Assembly (NCBI GenBank): GCA_038890155.1
Contig: JAWAFZ010000002.1
Span: 10,774 to 74,773, forward strand
Origin: Candidatus Caldarchaeum sp.
GTDB lineage: Archaea > Thermoproteota > Nitrososphaeria_A > Caldarchaeales > Caldarchaeaceae
Direction of reading: 5' to 3'
Length of the DNA stretch: 64,000 nucleotides
The position numbers and the translations under genes were made by a program. The notes beneath the pieces are model-generated. The model ran no database searches and had not been told where the DNA came from. It saw only the letters and a program-made list of their open reading frames with translations. This document shows positions 9,219 to 18,751 of this stretch, piece by piece (the stretch's first letter is position 1; each line of letters starts with the position of its first letter).

Positions 9219-9942
9219 CTTGCTGAAAGATTGTCCCGGACCCTTATTATTCTTTTTTCATTCCGACGAATGCGTTGTCGACAAATAGGCTTTGGGGAGT
9301 TTCTTGATGTCGTATTTCTTCAAGCCTCCACAACTCTTTCGACTTCGACCAGCATGCCGCCTAAGACCCTAGGGTACACCTGCCAGAAGACACTGAACCT
9401 GTCCCTGCACCACCCGCACTGCCCCGCCTCCGGGTCTGAAGAAAGCCTACTCCATTAGTAGTCAATTTCCTCCTGCGTGCCGCAAAGAACACTTCGTCGG
9501 AGTCGTGGGAACCGTCGACGTCGGCAAACCACCGCCCGATGAGCTTAAACACATGGATGGCGTGGTTGGTGAGAATTTTTGAGTTTGGGAAGGGCCTTGA
9601 GATGGTGTTTGTTGTAGTGTTGGTGCGTCAGAAGCGGAATGGGGTAAACAGTTGCGGGGAAGTGGTTTACGCTTCATCGCTGAGGCGGAGGTCGGTGATT
9701 TCTCGACCGTGTCATCCAGAGAAAGCTTCTTTCTCGCCTGCGTTGCGGTGCTGAAGTTAGGGATGTTGGGGAGTTGAAGCCAGCAAAGGGCCTGCGTTTA
9801 TCGCAGCAGGATTGCATCCGGCCGGCTCAAGCCGGAGGATCGTCGAATTTCCTCTAGGGGTTGGCTCTAGGCTGCAGTACGGGCTTGATGCTTGTTCAGC
9901 TTTGTTGTCAAGCCATGAGGCACTATTGTTTGGCCTGCTTTT

Positions 9943-11517
9943 CTACTCGATGACATTCGTCCTAGACTGTTCTCTGAGGAACGTCAGCAAGTAGTGCGGG
10001 CCTCCCACTCCCTTCCCTGTTGCTCCGCTTGCCTTCCAGCCGACGAATGTCTGGGCCCCTGGCCAGGCTCCCGTCGTAGAACCCCCCTTCCTGTTGGCGT
10101 AGGTCACGCCGAACTCGATGTTGCTGAAGAAATACTCGACTTCCTTGGTGTCTTCTGAGAAGATGCCTGCTGTGAGGCCGTACTCTGTGTCGTTGGCTTC
10201 ACGCAACGCCTCTTCGAGTGTCTCGAACTCGTCGACCAGGAGTATTGGTAGAAAGAGCTCCTGCTTGAAGAGCGGGTGGCCTCTCGGAAGTTTGTCGATT
10301 ATCGTCGGCTGCACGTAGTAGCCTTTGTCAAACTCTCCCCCCGCAAGCACCTCCCCTCCGTACAACACCTCTCCGCCATCTCTCTTCGCCATTTCAACGT
10401 AGCGTCTGTAGTTTTCGACCGCCCTTGCGTTTATCACAGGCCCGAGGAAGACTTCCCTACGGCGCGGGTCTCCTATCTTGACCATGCTGGTCTCCTTCAC
10501 CAACTCGTCCAAGAACTTCTGCTTCACCTCCTTCTGGACGTAGAGCCGTGAGGTTGCAGAGCACTTCTGGCCTCCGTAGCCGAAAGCGGCCCTCACAACG
10601 CCGAGAACGGCTTTCTTGACGTCGGCTTTGTTGGTGACGATGGTCGGGTTCTTGCTGCCCATCTCGAGGAGTATGGGCTTGGGGTAGGGCTGGGATGATG
10701 TGAACCTCCGGTAAAGCCTCATGCCGACTTCTTTCGATCCTGTGAAGGCTATTCCAGCTACGTCAGGGTTGGAGACGATTTCGTCCTCGAACGCCGACCC
10801 CGGCCCCGTGAGGTAGTGGAGTACGCCTGCTGGAACGCCCGCATCTCTGAAGACTCGGTAAAGGAGGAGGCCTGAAAGAGGTGTTTCGCTGGTCGGTTTG
10901 AAGACCACGGTATTGCCTGTGATCAGGGCGCCCATCATCATGCCGTTCGCCAGCATGAACGGGAAGTTGAACGGTGAGACGACGACCCACACGCCGTAGG
11001 GGCGTGCAACCATCCTGCACCCCTCTCCGGGGCCGCCGGGGCCCATGTCCCTCTCGTAGCCGTTGTTCTCCTCCATAACCCGGGCGTAGTACTTCAAGGC
11101 GTCCACCGCCTCCCAGCACTCCGCCAAAGCCTCGAGCCTGTTCTTCCCAGCCTCGTACGTGATTACGGCTGCTATCTCGAACTTCCTCTCATCGATAAGC
11201 TCAGCCGCTCTGAGGATTATCCTGACTCTCTCACGCCAGTCCAAGTTCGACCATTCTTGGAAACTTTTCTTAGCTTCCTCGACAGCTCTCCTCATGTGGC
11301 CTGCGTTGCCCTTCTGGAAGTATCCGACGACGATGGACCTGTCTACCGGGCTTCTCTCCTCGAACTCGCCGTCCTCTGAAAAAACCTCCAGCCCCGCTAT
11401 GTACATGGGGTAGTGTTTTCCAAGGTATTTTGACCTTACGTCCTCCAGAGCCTTCTCGTAGGCAGGATGCAGGCTTTCGTCGGCGAAAAGAGAAACATAC
11501 GTTATTTTAGAAGACAA
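9943..11517 (-). CDS. Aldehyde dehydrogenase family, 1-pyrroline-5-carboxylate dehydrogenase-like
   Basis: 524 aa with ALDH motifs FTGSKEVG, LEMGSKNP and catalytic Cys GQKCSATSRLYV. Overall layout resembles RocA/PutA-type P5CDH. Subfamily assignment is less certain than family. Confidence 0.8.
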   Translation of the reverse strand: MSSKITYVSLFADESLHPAYEKALEDVRSKYLGKHYPMYIAGLEVFSEDGEFEERSPVDRSIVVGYFQKGNAGHMRRAVEEAKKSFQEWSNLDWRERVRIILRAAELIDERKFEIAAVITYEAGKNRLEALAECWEAVDALKYYARVMEENNGYERDMGPGGPGEGCRMVARPYGVWVVVSPFNFPFMLANGMMMGALITGNTVVFKPTSETPLSGLLLYRVFRDAGVPAGVLHYLTGPGSAFEDEIVSNPDVAGIAFTGSKEVGMRLYRRFTSSQPYPKPILLEMGSKNPTIVTNKADVKKAVLGVVRAAFGYGGQKCSATSRLYVQKEVKQKFLDELVKETSMVKIGDPRRREVFLGPVINARAVENYRRYVEMAKRDGGEVLYGGEVLAGGEFDKGYYVQPTIIDKLPRGHPLFKQELFLPILLVDEFETLEEALREANDTEYGLTAGIFSEDTKEVEYFFSNIEFGVTYANRKGGSTTGAWPGAQTFVGWKASGATGKGVGGPHYLLTFLREQSRTNVIE

Positions 11518-11627
11518 GCTCTCACCTGCTTCAAGAGGTTTCTAGCGCCGTTAAATATCTTTTCCGGCGACACCGACATCCCTGACATGTTCGTCTAATC
11601 TTAAAGCCTACCGAAAGCCGCTTAACG

Positions 11628-12560
11628 TTGATGAACCCGTTGACTCTCCTCGTCAAGCCTCACCAGTTCTTCAGCCTCCTAGAGTCGGTGTCAAGCGTAA
11701 GGAACGGGCTGACAATCTTCACGGCCGCCGCCATAACTCAGATACTTGCTGGGCTTGTGTTCCTCAGCTTCAAAACCGTTTACGAGGTCGGGCTGGAGGC
11801 TTACTCGCTCGTCGAGATCAGGTTGTTCAGATGGGACTACGTGGTGATGTCAAGCCTCACGACCGTCTTCGTCGCCGTAGTTGTCCTCGTAGGCGTGGGC
11901 AGGATTCTTGGACGAGTGTTCGGCAGACAGGCTCCACCTATGAAGACGTTCATAAACGCCGTATTCCACGTCTTCCTCATAGTCGCGGTGGTCAACGCTT
12001 CGTACGTAGTCCTCGCCTCAGCCTCTCCTCCTGAAAAGTACTACATCTTCGGAGTCGAGCTTACCGATGTGGTGTTCTACAACGTCTCGCTAGGATACAC
12101 AGACATGGCTGGAGAAAAGGTCTTGGTTGAGAACAGCATCCTGTACGCTAAGCAAGCCAACATATCGCGTGTCTACGCCGACACGAAGCCTGTCCAGACA
12201 GGCGCCTTCACCGCTGAAGAAGTTTCTAGGATAATGGCTGAGACGGAGCTCCGGGCTGTTTTGCACAGACCTTCCTCACCGCCTTACACGATGCCCGAGA
12301 CCGTTGAAGCGAGTTCGCTCAACTTCGACGACGTTGAAGCAAAGAACATCGTCCTCACCTCCGTCGCCGCCGTGAGAGACGAGCCTGGAACGTTCCTCGT
12401 CCAGCTTAGTCTCGCCCGCAACGTTGTCTGGCGCGTGCTTACGTCGGCCTACCTAGGAATAGCCGTCTACGTTCTTCACAAAACTTCGAAGAAGGTGATG
12501 CTTATCATCATGCTGGCGGCCTACCTAGCTTCGGCAAACCTCGTTCCTAGTCTCTTCTAA
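11628..12560 (+). CDS. Hypothetical multi-pass membrane protein with a central soluble insert
   Basis: 310 aa with about 5 predicted TM helices and an extracytoplasmic segment of about 120 aa. I recognise no family motif. Confidence 0.5.
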   Translation: MMNPLTLLVKPHQFFSLLESVSSVRNGLTIFTAAAITQILAGLVFLSFKTVYEVGLEAYSLVEIRLFRWDYVVMSSLTTVFVAVVVLVGVGRILGRVFGRQAPPMKTFINAVFHVFLIVAVVNASYVVLASASPPEKYYIFGVELTDVVFYNVSLGYTDMAGEKVLVENSILYAKQANISRVYADTKPVQTGAFTAEEVSRIMAETELRAVLHRPSSPPYTMPETVEASSLNFDDVEAKNIVLTSVAAVRDEPGTFLVQLSLARNVVWRVLTSAYLGIAVYVLHKTSKKVMLIIMLAAYLASANLVPSLF

Positions 12561-13263
12561 CCTTTCCCTCAACCGTAATCTCGCCAGCCATGACACGTGT
12601 CGTTGATATGGGCCGTCCGTCTTCAGCAACAACCAGTGGGCAGACGAGGACGTCGAGCGGCTTCATCATCCTCTCAGCTCTCTTTGCGTTGATCTCTACG
12701 GCTCGGCCTGCGGTTGCGGGGCTTACGACCAAAGCCTCTATGGTTGGGTCCTCCACGGAAGGTCCGTAAGGGTCTTCGATGGGGATGAGCTGAGTTCTGT
12801 CGAGCCATCCTTGGTCGTTGAGGAATCGTCGGAGGCTTCGGAGCCGTTCCTCCTGTGGAGGTATTGGATGTTTCTTAAGGAGCTTGGAGGCGAAGCTGTC
12901 TGATGTGATGCCGATTATCACTCTCTCCGAGTTGCAGAAGGCTGTTAAGAGCAGAACCATGTGGCCGGCGTGTATGGTTGAGAAAGTGCCGCCCAGAGCC
13001 GCTAAACTGTAGCGTGGTTTGTTCGAACACCCCTCCTTAAGCATCAGCAAAACCTCCTCCCCGGTCTTCCTCAGCTCCCAGAGAATAACCAAGGCCTCTC
13101 CTCGGGTTATGCCAAGCCTTCTAACAAGCTCTTCAGCCGAGACGTCGGGCTGGCTAAGTAGTATCTTGTCCCGCACGTAGGCCTTGTGCGCTGGGTACAT
13201 CGGAAGGGAGTGAACGGTCTCGACCAGCGTAGCCCAGTCTATCTTTGGATGGGCGGCGGTCAT
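12547..13263 (-). CDS. Archaeal phosphopantetheine adenylyltransferase (cytidylyltransferase fold) with an N-terminal HTH-like extension
   Basis: Nucleotidyltransferase HxGH motif (GGTFSTIHAGH) and the C-terminal ISTTRV motif typical of the archaeal PPAT/COG1019 family. About 75 extra N-terminal residues. Confidence 0.7.
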   Translation of the reverse strand: MTAAHPKIDWATLVETVHSLPMYPAHKAYVRDKILLSQPDVSAEELVRRLGITRGEALVILWELRKTGEEVLLMLKEGCSNKPRYSLAALGGTFSTIHAGHMVLLLTAFCNSERVIIGITSDSFASKLLKKHPIPPQEERLRSLRRFLNDQGWLDRTQLIPIEDPYGPSVEDPTIEALVVSPATAGRAVEINAKRAERMMKPLDVLVCPLVVAEDGRPISTTRVMAGEITVEGKVRRD

Positions 13264-13333
13264 GAGCCTGATTCACTGTCTCGGTATATTACATTATTGG
13301 AAAAACTTATTATTCCTTGATAGTGAGCGTTCT

Positions 13334-13594
13334 ATGGGCGGGATGACTGAGGACAGACACGCTCTCGAATCGCTGACGGAACAGCTTGAGTACTGTGAGA
13401 GGATGCTCTCCATGGAGGCCCGTCTCGACCTCGTCGTCGTCATCTTGGAGGAGATGATCGAGAAGCTATCCACCCAAAACCCGGGAATAGACGAGCAGTT
13501 TAGGAAGACCATCCTCGAGAGGGCTAAGATAACCTACCACAGGGCTAAAACTCTCCTCTACCTTGCCGAGGAGGCTAAGGGAACGAAGTACTAA
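13334..13594 (+). CDS. Hypothetical small helical protein
   Basis: 86 aa from ATG 13334 (the ORF track extends to 13262). Predicted all-helical and charged. Codon usage looks native. No recognisable motif. Confidence 0.3.
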   Translation: MGGMTEDRHALESLTEQLEYCERMLSMEARLDLVVVILEEMIEKLSTQNPGIDEQFRKTILERAKITYHRAKTLLYLAEEAKGTKY

Positions 13595-13628
13595 ATTTAA
13601 TAAAATCGGCTTACTTCTGTATGGCAGC

Positions 13629-15065
13629 ATGGATGACCTTCTGGACTTGGTTCTGAGAAAAGGAGGCGAGCTCGGCGCATCCTACGTCGAGGCCCGGTTC
13701 CAAGCAGACTACAGCTCGGAGATACTGCTCAAGAACGGGGTGCCCGAGGTTTCAGCTGACTCGGTCGAGAAAGGCATAGGTCTGCGTGTTCTGGTTGACG
13801 GCAGCCTCGGGTTCGCCTATGTTAATAGGCTTGAGAGGGCCATGGTTAGGAAAGCTGTTGTAGAAGCATTCTCAGCCGCAAGGGCTTCGGCACGCAAGTC
13901 GCAGAAAATCAGGATGTCGGACGAGAAGCTTGCATCCGCCTCCGACTTCAAGAAGCCGAGGATACGGTACGAGGACGTGGCCGTCGAGGACAAGATGGAA
14001 TACTTGAAGGAGGCCGACAGCAACGCAGTCGCAACGGCTGAGAAACAAGGCGTCAAGCTCGTCTCGAGGATAATAACTGTGGGCAGGTGGGACACGGAGA
14101 AGCACGTGGTAAACAGCGACGGAGGCGATGTAAGATACAGAGCATGCAGAGCGGTCTGCAACTACATAATCACGGCCTATAGTCCGCAGAGGGGCTCGGT
14201 TCAGAGGTTTGAAAACCTCGGCGAAACAGCTGGCTGGGAGGCGGTGGAGAGATGGGACCTACCCGGCAGGATTGGTGCAGAGGCGGGCGAGATCAGTCAA
14301 GCACTAACAAAGGCTGTCGCTCCGCCAAAAGAACCATGCAACGTTGTCCTAGGGTCTGAGATAGTCGGCTTGGTCTGTCATGAGTCCTGCGGGCATCCGG
14401 GGGAGGCTGACAGGATGCTGGGCCGTGAGGCTGCGCAGGCTGGCGAGACCTATGTCAAGCCCGGTCTTCTCGGGACAAGGATAGGCAGCGACAGGGTGAC
14501 GGTTGTAGACGACCCACGGCTTCCGAGGTCGTTCGGATACTACCTGTACGACGACGAATGTGTTCCAGCGGTTGAGAGGGTTTTGATCGACAGGGGGGTT
14601 TTGAATGAGTTGTTGCACAACAGGGAGACAGCCGCCGACCTCAACACGCACAGCAACGGAGCCTCGAGGTCGAGCATGTACAACCGTGAGCCTATCGTCA
14701 GGATGGCCAACACCTACCTCAAGCCCGGAGACCACAGCCTCGAGGAGTTGTTTGAGCTCGCTGGGAACGGTGTTTACATCAAGTCTTACCAAGAATGGAA
14801 CATAGACGACCGCAGGTGGAACCAGAGATACGTCGGTGTTGTCGCCTACCTCATACGGAACGGCAGGCTGGCTGAGATGGTCAGGAATCCCATCCTCGAC
14901 CTAACCACGAAAGGCTTGTGGTCTTCCGTCGATGCTGTGGGTAAAGACCTAGGCTTCTATGCCGGATACTGCGGTAAGGGAGACCCCATGCAGGGTATTC
15001 CAGTCTGGTTCGGAGGGCCGTCTGTGCTGCTGCGCAACGTGAGGCTGGGGACTAGGAATGAATGA
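13629..15065 (+). CDS. TldD/PmbA-family metalloprotease (TldD-like)
   Basis: HESCGH zinc motif and C-terminal GYCGKGDP/GxP motif typical of TldD. Start set at ATG 13629 (MDDLLDLV...), not the upstream ORF extension. Confidence 0.85.
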   Translation: MDDLLDLVLRKGGELGASYVEARFQADYSSEILLKNGVPEVSADSVEKGIGLRVLVDGSLGFAYVNRLERAMVRKAVVEAFSAARASARKSQKIRMSDEKLASASDFKKPRIRYEDVAVEDKMEYLKEADSNAVATAEKQGVKLVSRIITVGRWDTEKHVVNSDGGDVRYRACRAVCNYIITAYSPQRGSVQRFENLGETAGWEAVERWDLPGRIGAEAGEISQALTKAVAPPKEPCNVVLGSEIVGLVCHESCGHPGEADRMLGREAAQAGETYVKPGLLGTRIGSDRVTVVDDPRLPRSFGYYLYDDECVPAVERVLIDRGVLNELLHNRETAADLNTHSNGASRSSMYNREPIVRMANTYLKPGDHSLEELFELAGNGVYIKSYQEWNIDDRRWNQRYVGVVAYLIRNGRLAEMVRNPILDLTTKGLWSSVDAVGKDLGFYAGYCGKGDPMQGIPVWFGGPSVLLRNVRLGTRNE

Positions 15066-15441
15066 CGAGGGTAAGGACGCTGAAGACTTGGAGCTGAAGA
15101 GAATCCAGCTGCGAAGGATGATGAGCTTAGCGGCAAGGATGTCGGAGAAGAAGGAGCAGCAGCCGCAGCAGAAGCAGACGCCGCTGGACGTGCTGAAGCC
15201 TCATCTCGGCCCGAGAGGCGACGAGGTGCTGCAGGCAGCTTTAGAGCAGTATCCGAGCGAGGCCATGGCTGTTGTCGAGAGGCTTGCCGAGCTGGTTAAG
15301 TCGGGACGCCTGCCTGAAAAGATAGACGGGGGAGACCTTTACAGCCTCTTCAGAGGCCTCGGCTTAAGGGTAAAAGTGGACACAAAAATTCTGTACGTGA
15401 AGAGGGGGGAGGCAAAGGATTTGAAGGAGTTTTTCAAGTAG
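15058..15441 (+). CDS. PDCD5/TFAR19-like DNA-binding protein (COG2118 family)
   Basis: 127 aa with an N-terminal charged helix (LELKRIQLRRMM). The core LQAALEQYPSEAMAVVERLAELVKSGRLPEKIDGGDL aligns by eye with the PDCD5 core. Confidence 0.65.
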   Translation: MNDEGKDAEDLELKRIQLRRMMSLAARMSEKKEQQPQQKQTPLDVLKPHLGPRGDEVLQAALEQYPSEAMAVVERLAELVKSGRLPEKIDGGDLYSLFRGLGLRVKVDTKILYVKRGEAKDLKEFFK

Positions 15442-16032
15442 CTACCAGTCGGATCTGTTTGTGTAGGGTATGCTCCAGAGGACCACAGACAACGCAACGG
15501 CTTTGAACCATGCGTTGTACATCTTCTCAACGTCCTCAGCCGAGTGCCCCTTCTTGGCTAGGAAAGGCTTTATGGTAGCGGTTATCGGGACGATGAAGGC
15601 TATCAAGTACCTCAGAGGGATGTGGTCGACCGAGTCCACCCCGTCGGTCTTGTTCTTCTTCTCCCGGTGATGACGCCTTCCTATCTCGTACTGGTAGTTA
15701 AGCCATTCCCTGTCGTAATCTCTGAAGCACGTGTCGAGTATCCACTGGCCGAACCTCTTCCTAACGGCTTCAAGGTAAGCTCCTATCGGCTGTCCCGTCT
15801 TCCTGTCGCCGAAGTAGTGGACGAGATGCTTGTGCGAACCCACCCAGCCGTACCAAAGGTCTAGGACGTCGTTTACCTGGTCCTTAAGAACCTCGCCCGC
15901 CATCCTCAGGTATTTGATGTCCTCGTCAGTCATCAAAACTGTAGTCTTCAGCAGCTTGAACTCCTCGTCGGATACCGGTGCAGCAGGAAGCTCCTTCGAC
16001 CCGTACTTATAGCCAGGTATCTGTGAGGCCAT
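15442..16032 (-). CDS. Protoglobin (single-domain archaeal globin)
   Basis: 196 aa, near-collinear with known protoglobins: IPGYKYG, DLWYGWVGSHKHL, YLEAVRKRFGQWILDTC, YQYEIGRRHH (proximal His region), IPLRYLIAFIVPITATIKPFLAKKGH, MYNAWFKA. Confidence 0.85.
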   Translation of the reverse strand: MASQIPGYKYGSKELPAAPVSDEEFKLLKTTVLMTDEDIKYLRMAGEVLKDQVNDVLDLWYGWVGSHKHLVHYFGDRKTGQPIGAYLEAVRKRFGQWILDTCFRDYDREWLNYQYEIGRRHHREKKNKTDGVDSVDHIPLRYLIAFIVPITATIKPFLAKKGHSAEDVEKMYNAWFKAVALSVVLWSIPYTNRSDW

Positions 16033-16154
16033 GGCTCTGTGGATTCGTTCACCGTATTTGAGAGTATGCTGACAAAACGGTTAGCTGCTTACCGAAACGT
16101 TAGTCGTGGCTTGGATGGAAAAGGATTAAGCCTAGTGATTTTATTGTTGATGGG

Positions 16155-16892
16155 TTGAAGGCTGAGCAGAGCAGGGTTGTTGAGGTGGCGGAGACGGCGT
16201 CAACGTTCGACGAGGCAAGGAGCCTTGGAACAGTTGACGAGGGAGCTGCGGTGTACACGAGAAGCCAGAGGACTGGGGTCGGCAGGCTCAAGCCCGTCAA
16301 AACCGGAGGACTTTGGTTCACCTCGGTCATCTACCCCCGGCTGAGCGCCACCACCTCGCCCTTGCTGATTTTGACGACGGCGCTGTCCGTGGTGGAGGGA
16401 ATCGCCCGGACCACCGGCCTACAGCCGCTCCTCAGATGGCCCTCCGAAATCACGTTGGGCGGGCTTAGAGTCGCAGCTGTCTCGGTTGAGATCGATGCTT
16501 TCAACGACTTGATCGTGAGAGCCTACGCTGGAGGAGGAGTTTACTGCAACGTCAAGCTGGAGGAGTCCGAGTCAGGTGGGCTGGGCGACAGCACGTCGTT
16601 ATCGGCTGAGGTGGGCGGCGAGGTTGACGAGAAACAGCTGCTGCAGAACATACTCACCGAATTCGCCAGAGAGTACGACCTCTACAAGACGGGTTGGAGG
16701 GTTGAGCTCATCGAAAGGATAAGGGACGTGATGGAGTTCATAAAGACCACCGTCAGCGTGACCCTATCCAACGGCACACAGCTTATAGGCTACGTCGAAG
16801 ACCTCGACGACCTCGGCCGCATATCTCTCAAGGTGGACCAGGAGAGAATATTCTTGGCTCCGGCTGACGTCGAGAGCATCTCTCTCTTTTAG
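16155..16892 (+). CDS. Biotin protein ligase-like (BPL/LplA catalytic fold) protein
   Basis: TTG start. ETASTFDEA resembles the BirA STN motif and LRWPSEITLGG resembles KWPND. The biotin-binding GRGRxGR loop is degenerate (TGVGRLKP). Confidence 0.55.
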   Translation: MKAEQSRVVEVAETASTFDEARSLGTVDEGAAVYTRSQRTGVGRLKPVKTGGLWFTSVIYPRLSATTSPLLILTTALSVVEGIARTTGLQPLLRWPSEITLGGLRVAAVSVEIDAFNDLIVRAYAGGGVYCNVKLEESESGGLGDSTSLSAEVGGEVDEKQLLQNILTEFAREYDLYKTGWRVELIERIRDVMEFIKTTVSVTLSNGTQLIGYVEDLDDLGRISLKVDQERIFLAPADVESISLF

Positions 16893-16926
16893 AAACGTTT
16901 TTGAGTAGCCGTGGGAGCTCTGATGC

Positions 16927-17637
16927 ATGGAGCCGCAGCACCTCAAGACGAAAGACGTGGCTAAGCGTGTGGTTGCTGCAGGAGACCCTGCCCGGGTTGT
17001 GCAGCTTTCGAAGATGCTTGACAGCCCGAGGCTGGTCAACGAGAACAGGGGCTTCATAACCTACACCGGGTCTTTTCAGGGCGTTCCCGTGACGGTTGCC
17101 TGCCACGGCGTCGGAGGGCCTTCGTCGGCCGTCGTTTTCGAGGAGCTCATTATGCTGGGGGCGAGGCTGATAATCAGGCTCGGGACATGCGGAGCCTTCG
17201 TCAAAGGAATTAAGAACGGCGAGATAATCATACCCACAGGGGCAGCCTACATAGGGGGGACGTTGAAGCAGTACATTCCAGAAGTCCACATAACTCCTGT
17301 GCCGAGCTACGAAGTGCTGACAACGCTGGTCAACGAGGTGAAGAGCCAAGGCCTAACCAGCTACGTGGGGCCCGTCTTCTCGAGCGACGCCTTCTACGCC
17401 GAAGACCCTGAATTCGCGGCCAAGTGGGCTAAAAGAGGCTACGTAGCCGTAGAGATGGAGTGCGCAACCCTTTTCGGCCTAGGAATGATGAGAGGGGTTA
17501 AGACAGGGTCAGCCCTACTCGTCAGCGACAACCTAGCTGAGATGACTCCTATGGTAGACGCGGAATACTTGAAGCCTTTCGTAGAAAAGGCTGGCAGAGC
17601 CGTTCTGTCGGCTGCCGTAAAAGCCCCACTCGACTGA
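16927..17637 (+). CDS. Nucleoside phosphorylase, PNP/UDP family 1 (purine/uridine/MTA phosphorylase type)
   Basis: 236 aa with GDPARV, VACHGVGGPSSAVVFEELI, RLGTCGA and VEMECATLF motifs. Confidence 0.8.
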   Translation: MEPQHLKTKDVAKRVVAAGDPARVVQLSKMLDSPRLVNENRGFITYTGSFQGVPVTVACHGVGGPSSAVVFEELIMLGARLIIRLGTCGAFVKGIKNGEIIIPTGAAYIGGTLKQYIPEVHITPVPSYEVLTTLVNEVKSQGLTSYVGPVFSSDAFYAEDPEFAAKWAKRGYVAVEMECATLFGLGMMRGVKTGSALLVSDNLAEMTPMVDAEYLKPFVEKAGRAVLSAAVKAPLD

Positions 17638-17688
17638 GACCCTGCTTTATCTTTATTTTATCGTGGAAAACCTAGCAACGGAAGATAC

Positions 17689-18690
17689 ATGTTGCTGGAG
17701 CTGGGTCACTCGCTTTTGACCATGATGCCGCCCGAGGCAGCTCACGATATTGGTCTGCAGCTTCTAAGGCTTGTGCCGCGCATGGCTGACCCTGACGACG
17801 AAGCGCTGTGTTTGGATGTTAAGTTTGGACGTTTAAAAAACCCCGTGGGTCTGGCGGCAGGGTTCGACAAAACAGGCCGGCATCTCAGCGGTCTGGAGAG
17901 GCTTGGGTTCGGCTACATGGTGGTCGGCACGGTGACCATGAACCCGAGAAAAGGGTTGAAGAAGCCGCGTATTGTCCGTAGGAAGGAGGAGATGGGGCTC
18001 GTCAACGCCATGGCTTTCCCAAACCCCGGACTGAGAAAGTTTATCCAAAACATGTCCGAGAAAAAGAGTGTTAGGACTCCTGTTCTGGTCAGCTTGAGCG
18101 ACGAGAACGAGCAAAACCTTGTGGAATGTTATGCGGAGGTTCAACCTTATGCCGTAGGAGTCGAGATAAACCTAAGCTCTCCAAACACGCCTCCTCTACG
18201 GAGCTACTTCCAGCCTGAAAAGTTCAGACAAACAGCCGAAGACTTGCGGTGTCGCAAGCAAAAGCCAACCTACCTAAAAATACCTTCGCCCATCACGAAG
18301 GACGAGCAAGAAGCGGTGTACAGAGCTGTGAAAGTCTGGCACGACGCAGGCTTCGACGGCATCACGGCGGTCAATGCCATGCTTGTCGACGAGCCGAGGG
18401 TTTCCGCTGGACGGGGAGGCTTAAGCGGTAAGCCGCTGTACAGATACATGCTCAGGACGGTAAAGGAGGTTAGAAAGATGTTTGGGGAGGAGTTTGAAAT
18501 CCATGCTGTCGGCGGCATCTTCACAGGCTCCGACGTGCTCGAAACTCTTACCAGCGGCGCCAACACGGTCCAGATCCATACGGCGCTGGCTTACAGAGGC
18601 CCTAAAGCAGTTAGACAGATCGTTGCGGAGCTTAGAAAAGCCATGGCCGAAAGACGTCTACTCTCGTTAAAAGCTCTTCCACAGCTTTAG
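17689..18690 (+). CDS. pyrD: Dihydroorotate dehydrogenase (class 2-like)
   Basis: GLAAGFDKTG, EINLSSPNTP, GGLSGKPL and AVGGIFTGSD motifs. Confidence 0.85.
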   Translation: MLLELGHSLLTMMPPEAAHDIGLQLLRLVPRMADPDDEALCLDVKFGRLKNPVGLAAGFDKTGRHLSGLERLGFGYMVVGTVTMNPRKGLKKPRIVRRKEEMGLVNAMAFPNPGLRKFIQNMSEKKSVRTPVLVSLSDENEQNLVECYAEVQPYAVGVEINLSSPNTPPLRSYFQPEKFRQTAEDLRCRKQKPTYLKIPSPITKDEQEAVYRAVKVWHDAGFDGITAVNAMLVDEPRVSAGRGGLSGKPLYRYMLRTVKEVRKMFGEEFEIHAVGGIFTGSDVLETLTSGANTVQIHTALAYRGPKAVRQIVAELRKAMAERRLLSLKALPQL

Positions 18691-18751
18691 CTCAGTAGAA
18701 CAAAGTTTTTGACTTCTTCTAACTCCATACATCTTTATACCGCTTAACATC

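Noticed and set aside
9361-9677. Two overlapping minus-strand ORFs (63 and 71 aa) in the long gap upstream of nurA
   Set aside because: They are Gly/Arg/Ser/Thr/Pro-rich and low complexity, use non-ATG starts and show no recognisable motif. I kept the region as a finding but do not call these as genes.
9625-9683. Possible C/D box sRNA on the minus strand (GCGATGA ... 42 nt ... CTGA)
   Set aside because: The C box has a mismatch, no credible D' or C' boxes sit at the expected 12-nt spacing, and no terminal stem is present. It is mentioned only as a weak lead inside the gap finding.
16828-17349. 173 aa minus-strand ORF
   Set aside because: It is antisense to the strongly supported nucleoside phosphorylase gene. 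Its Arg/Pro-rich composition is typical of a GC-rich antisense frame.
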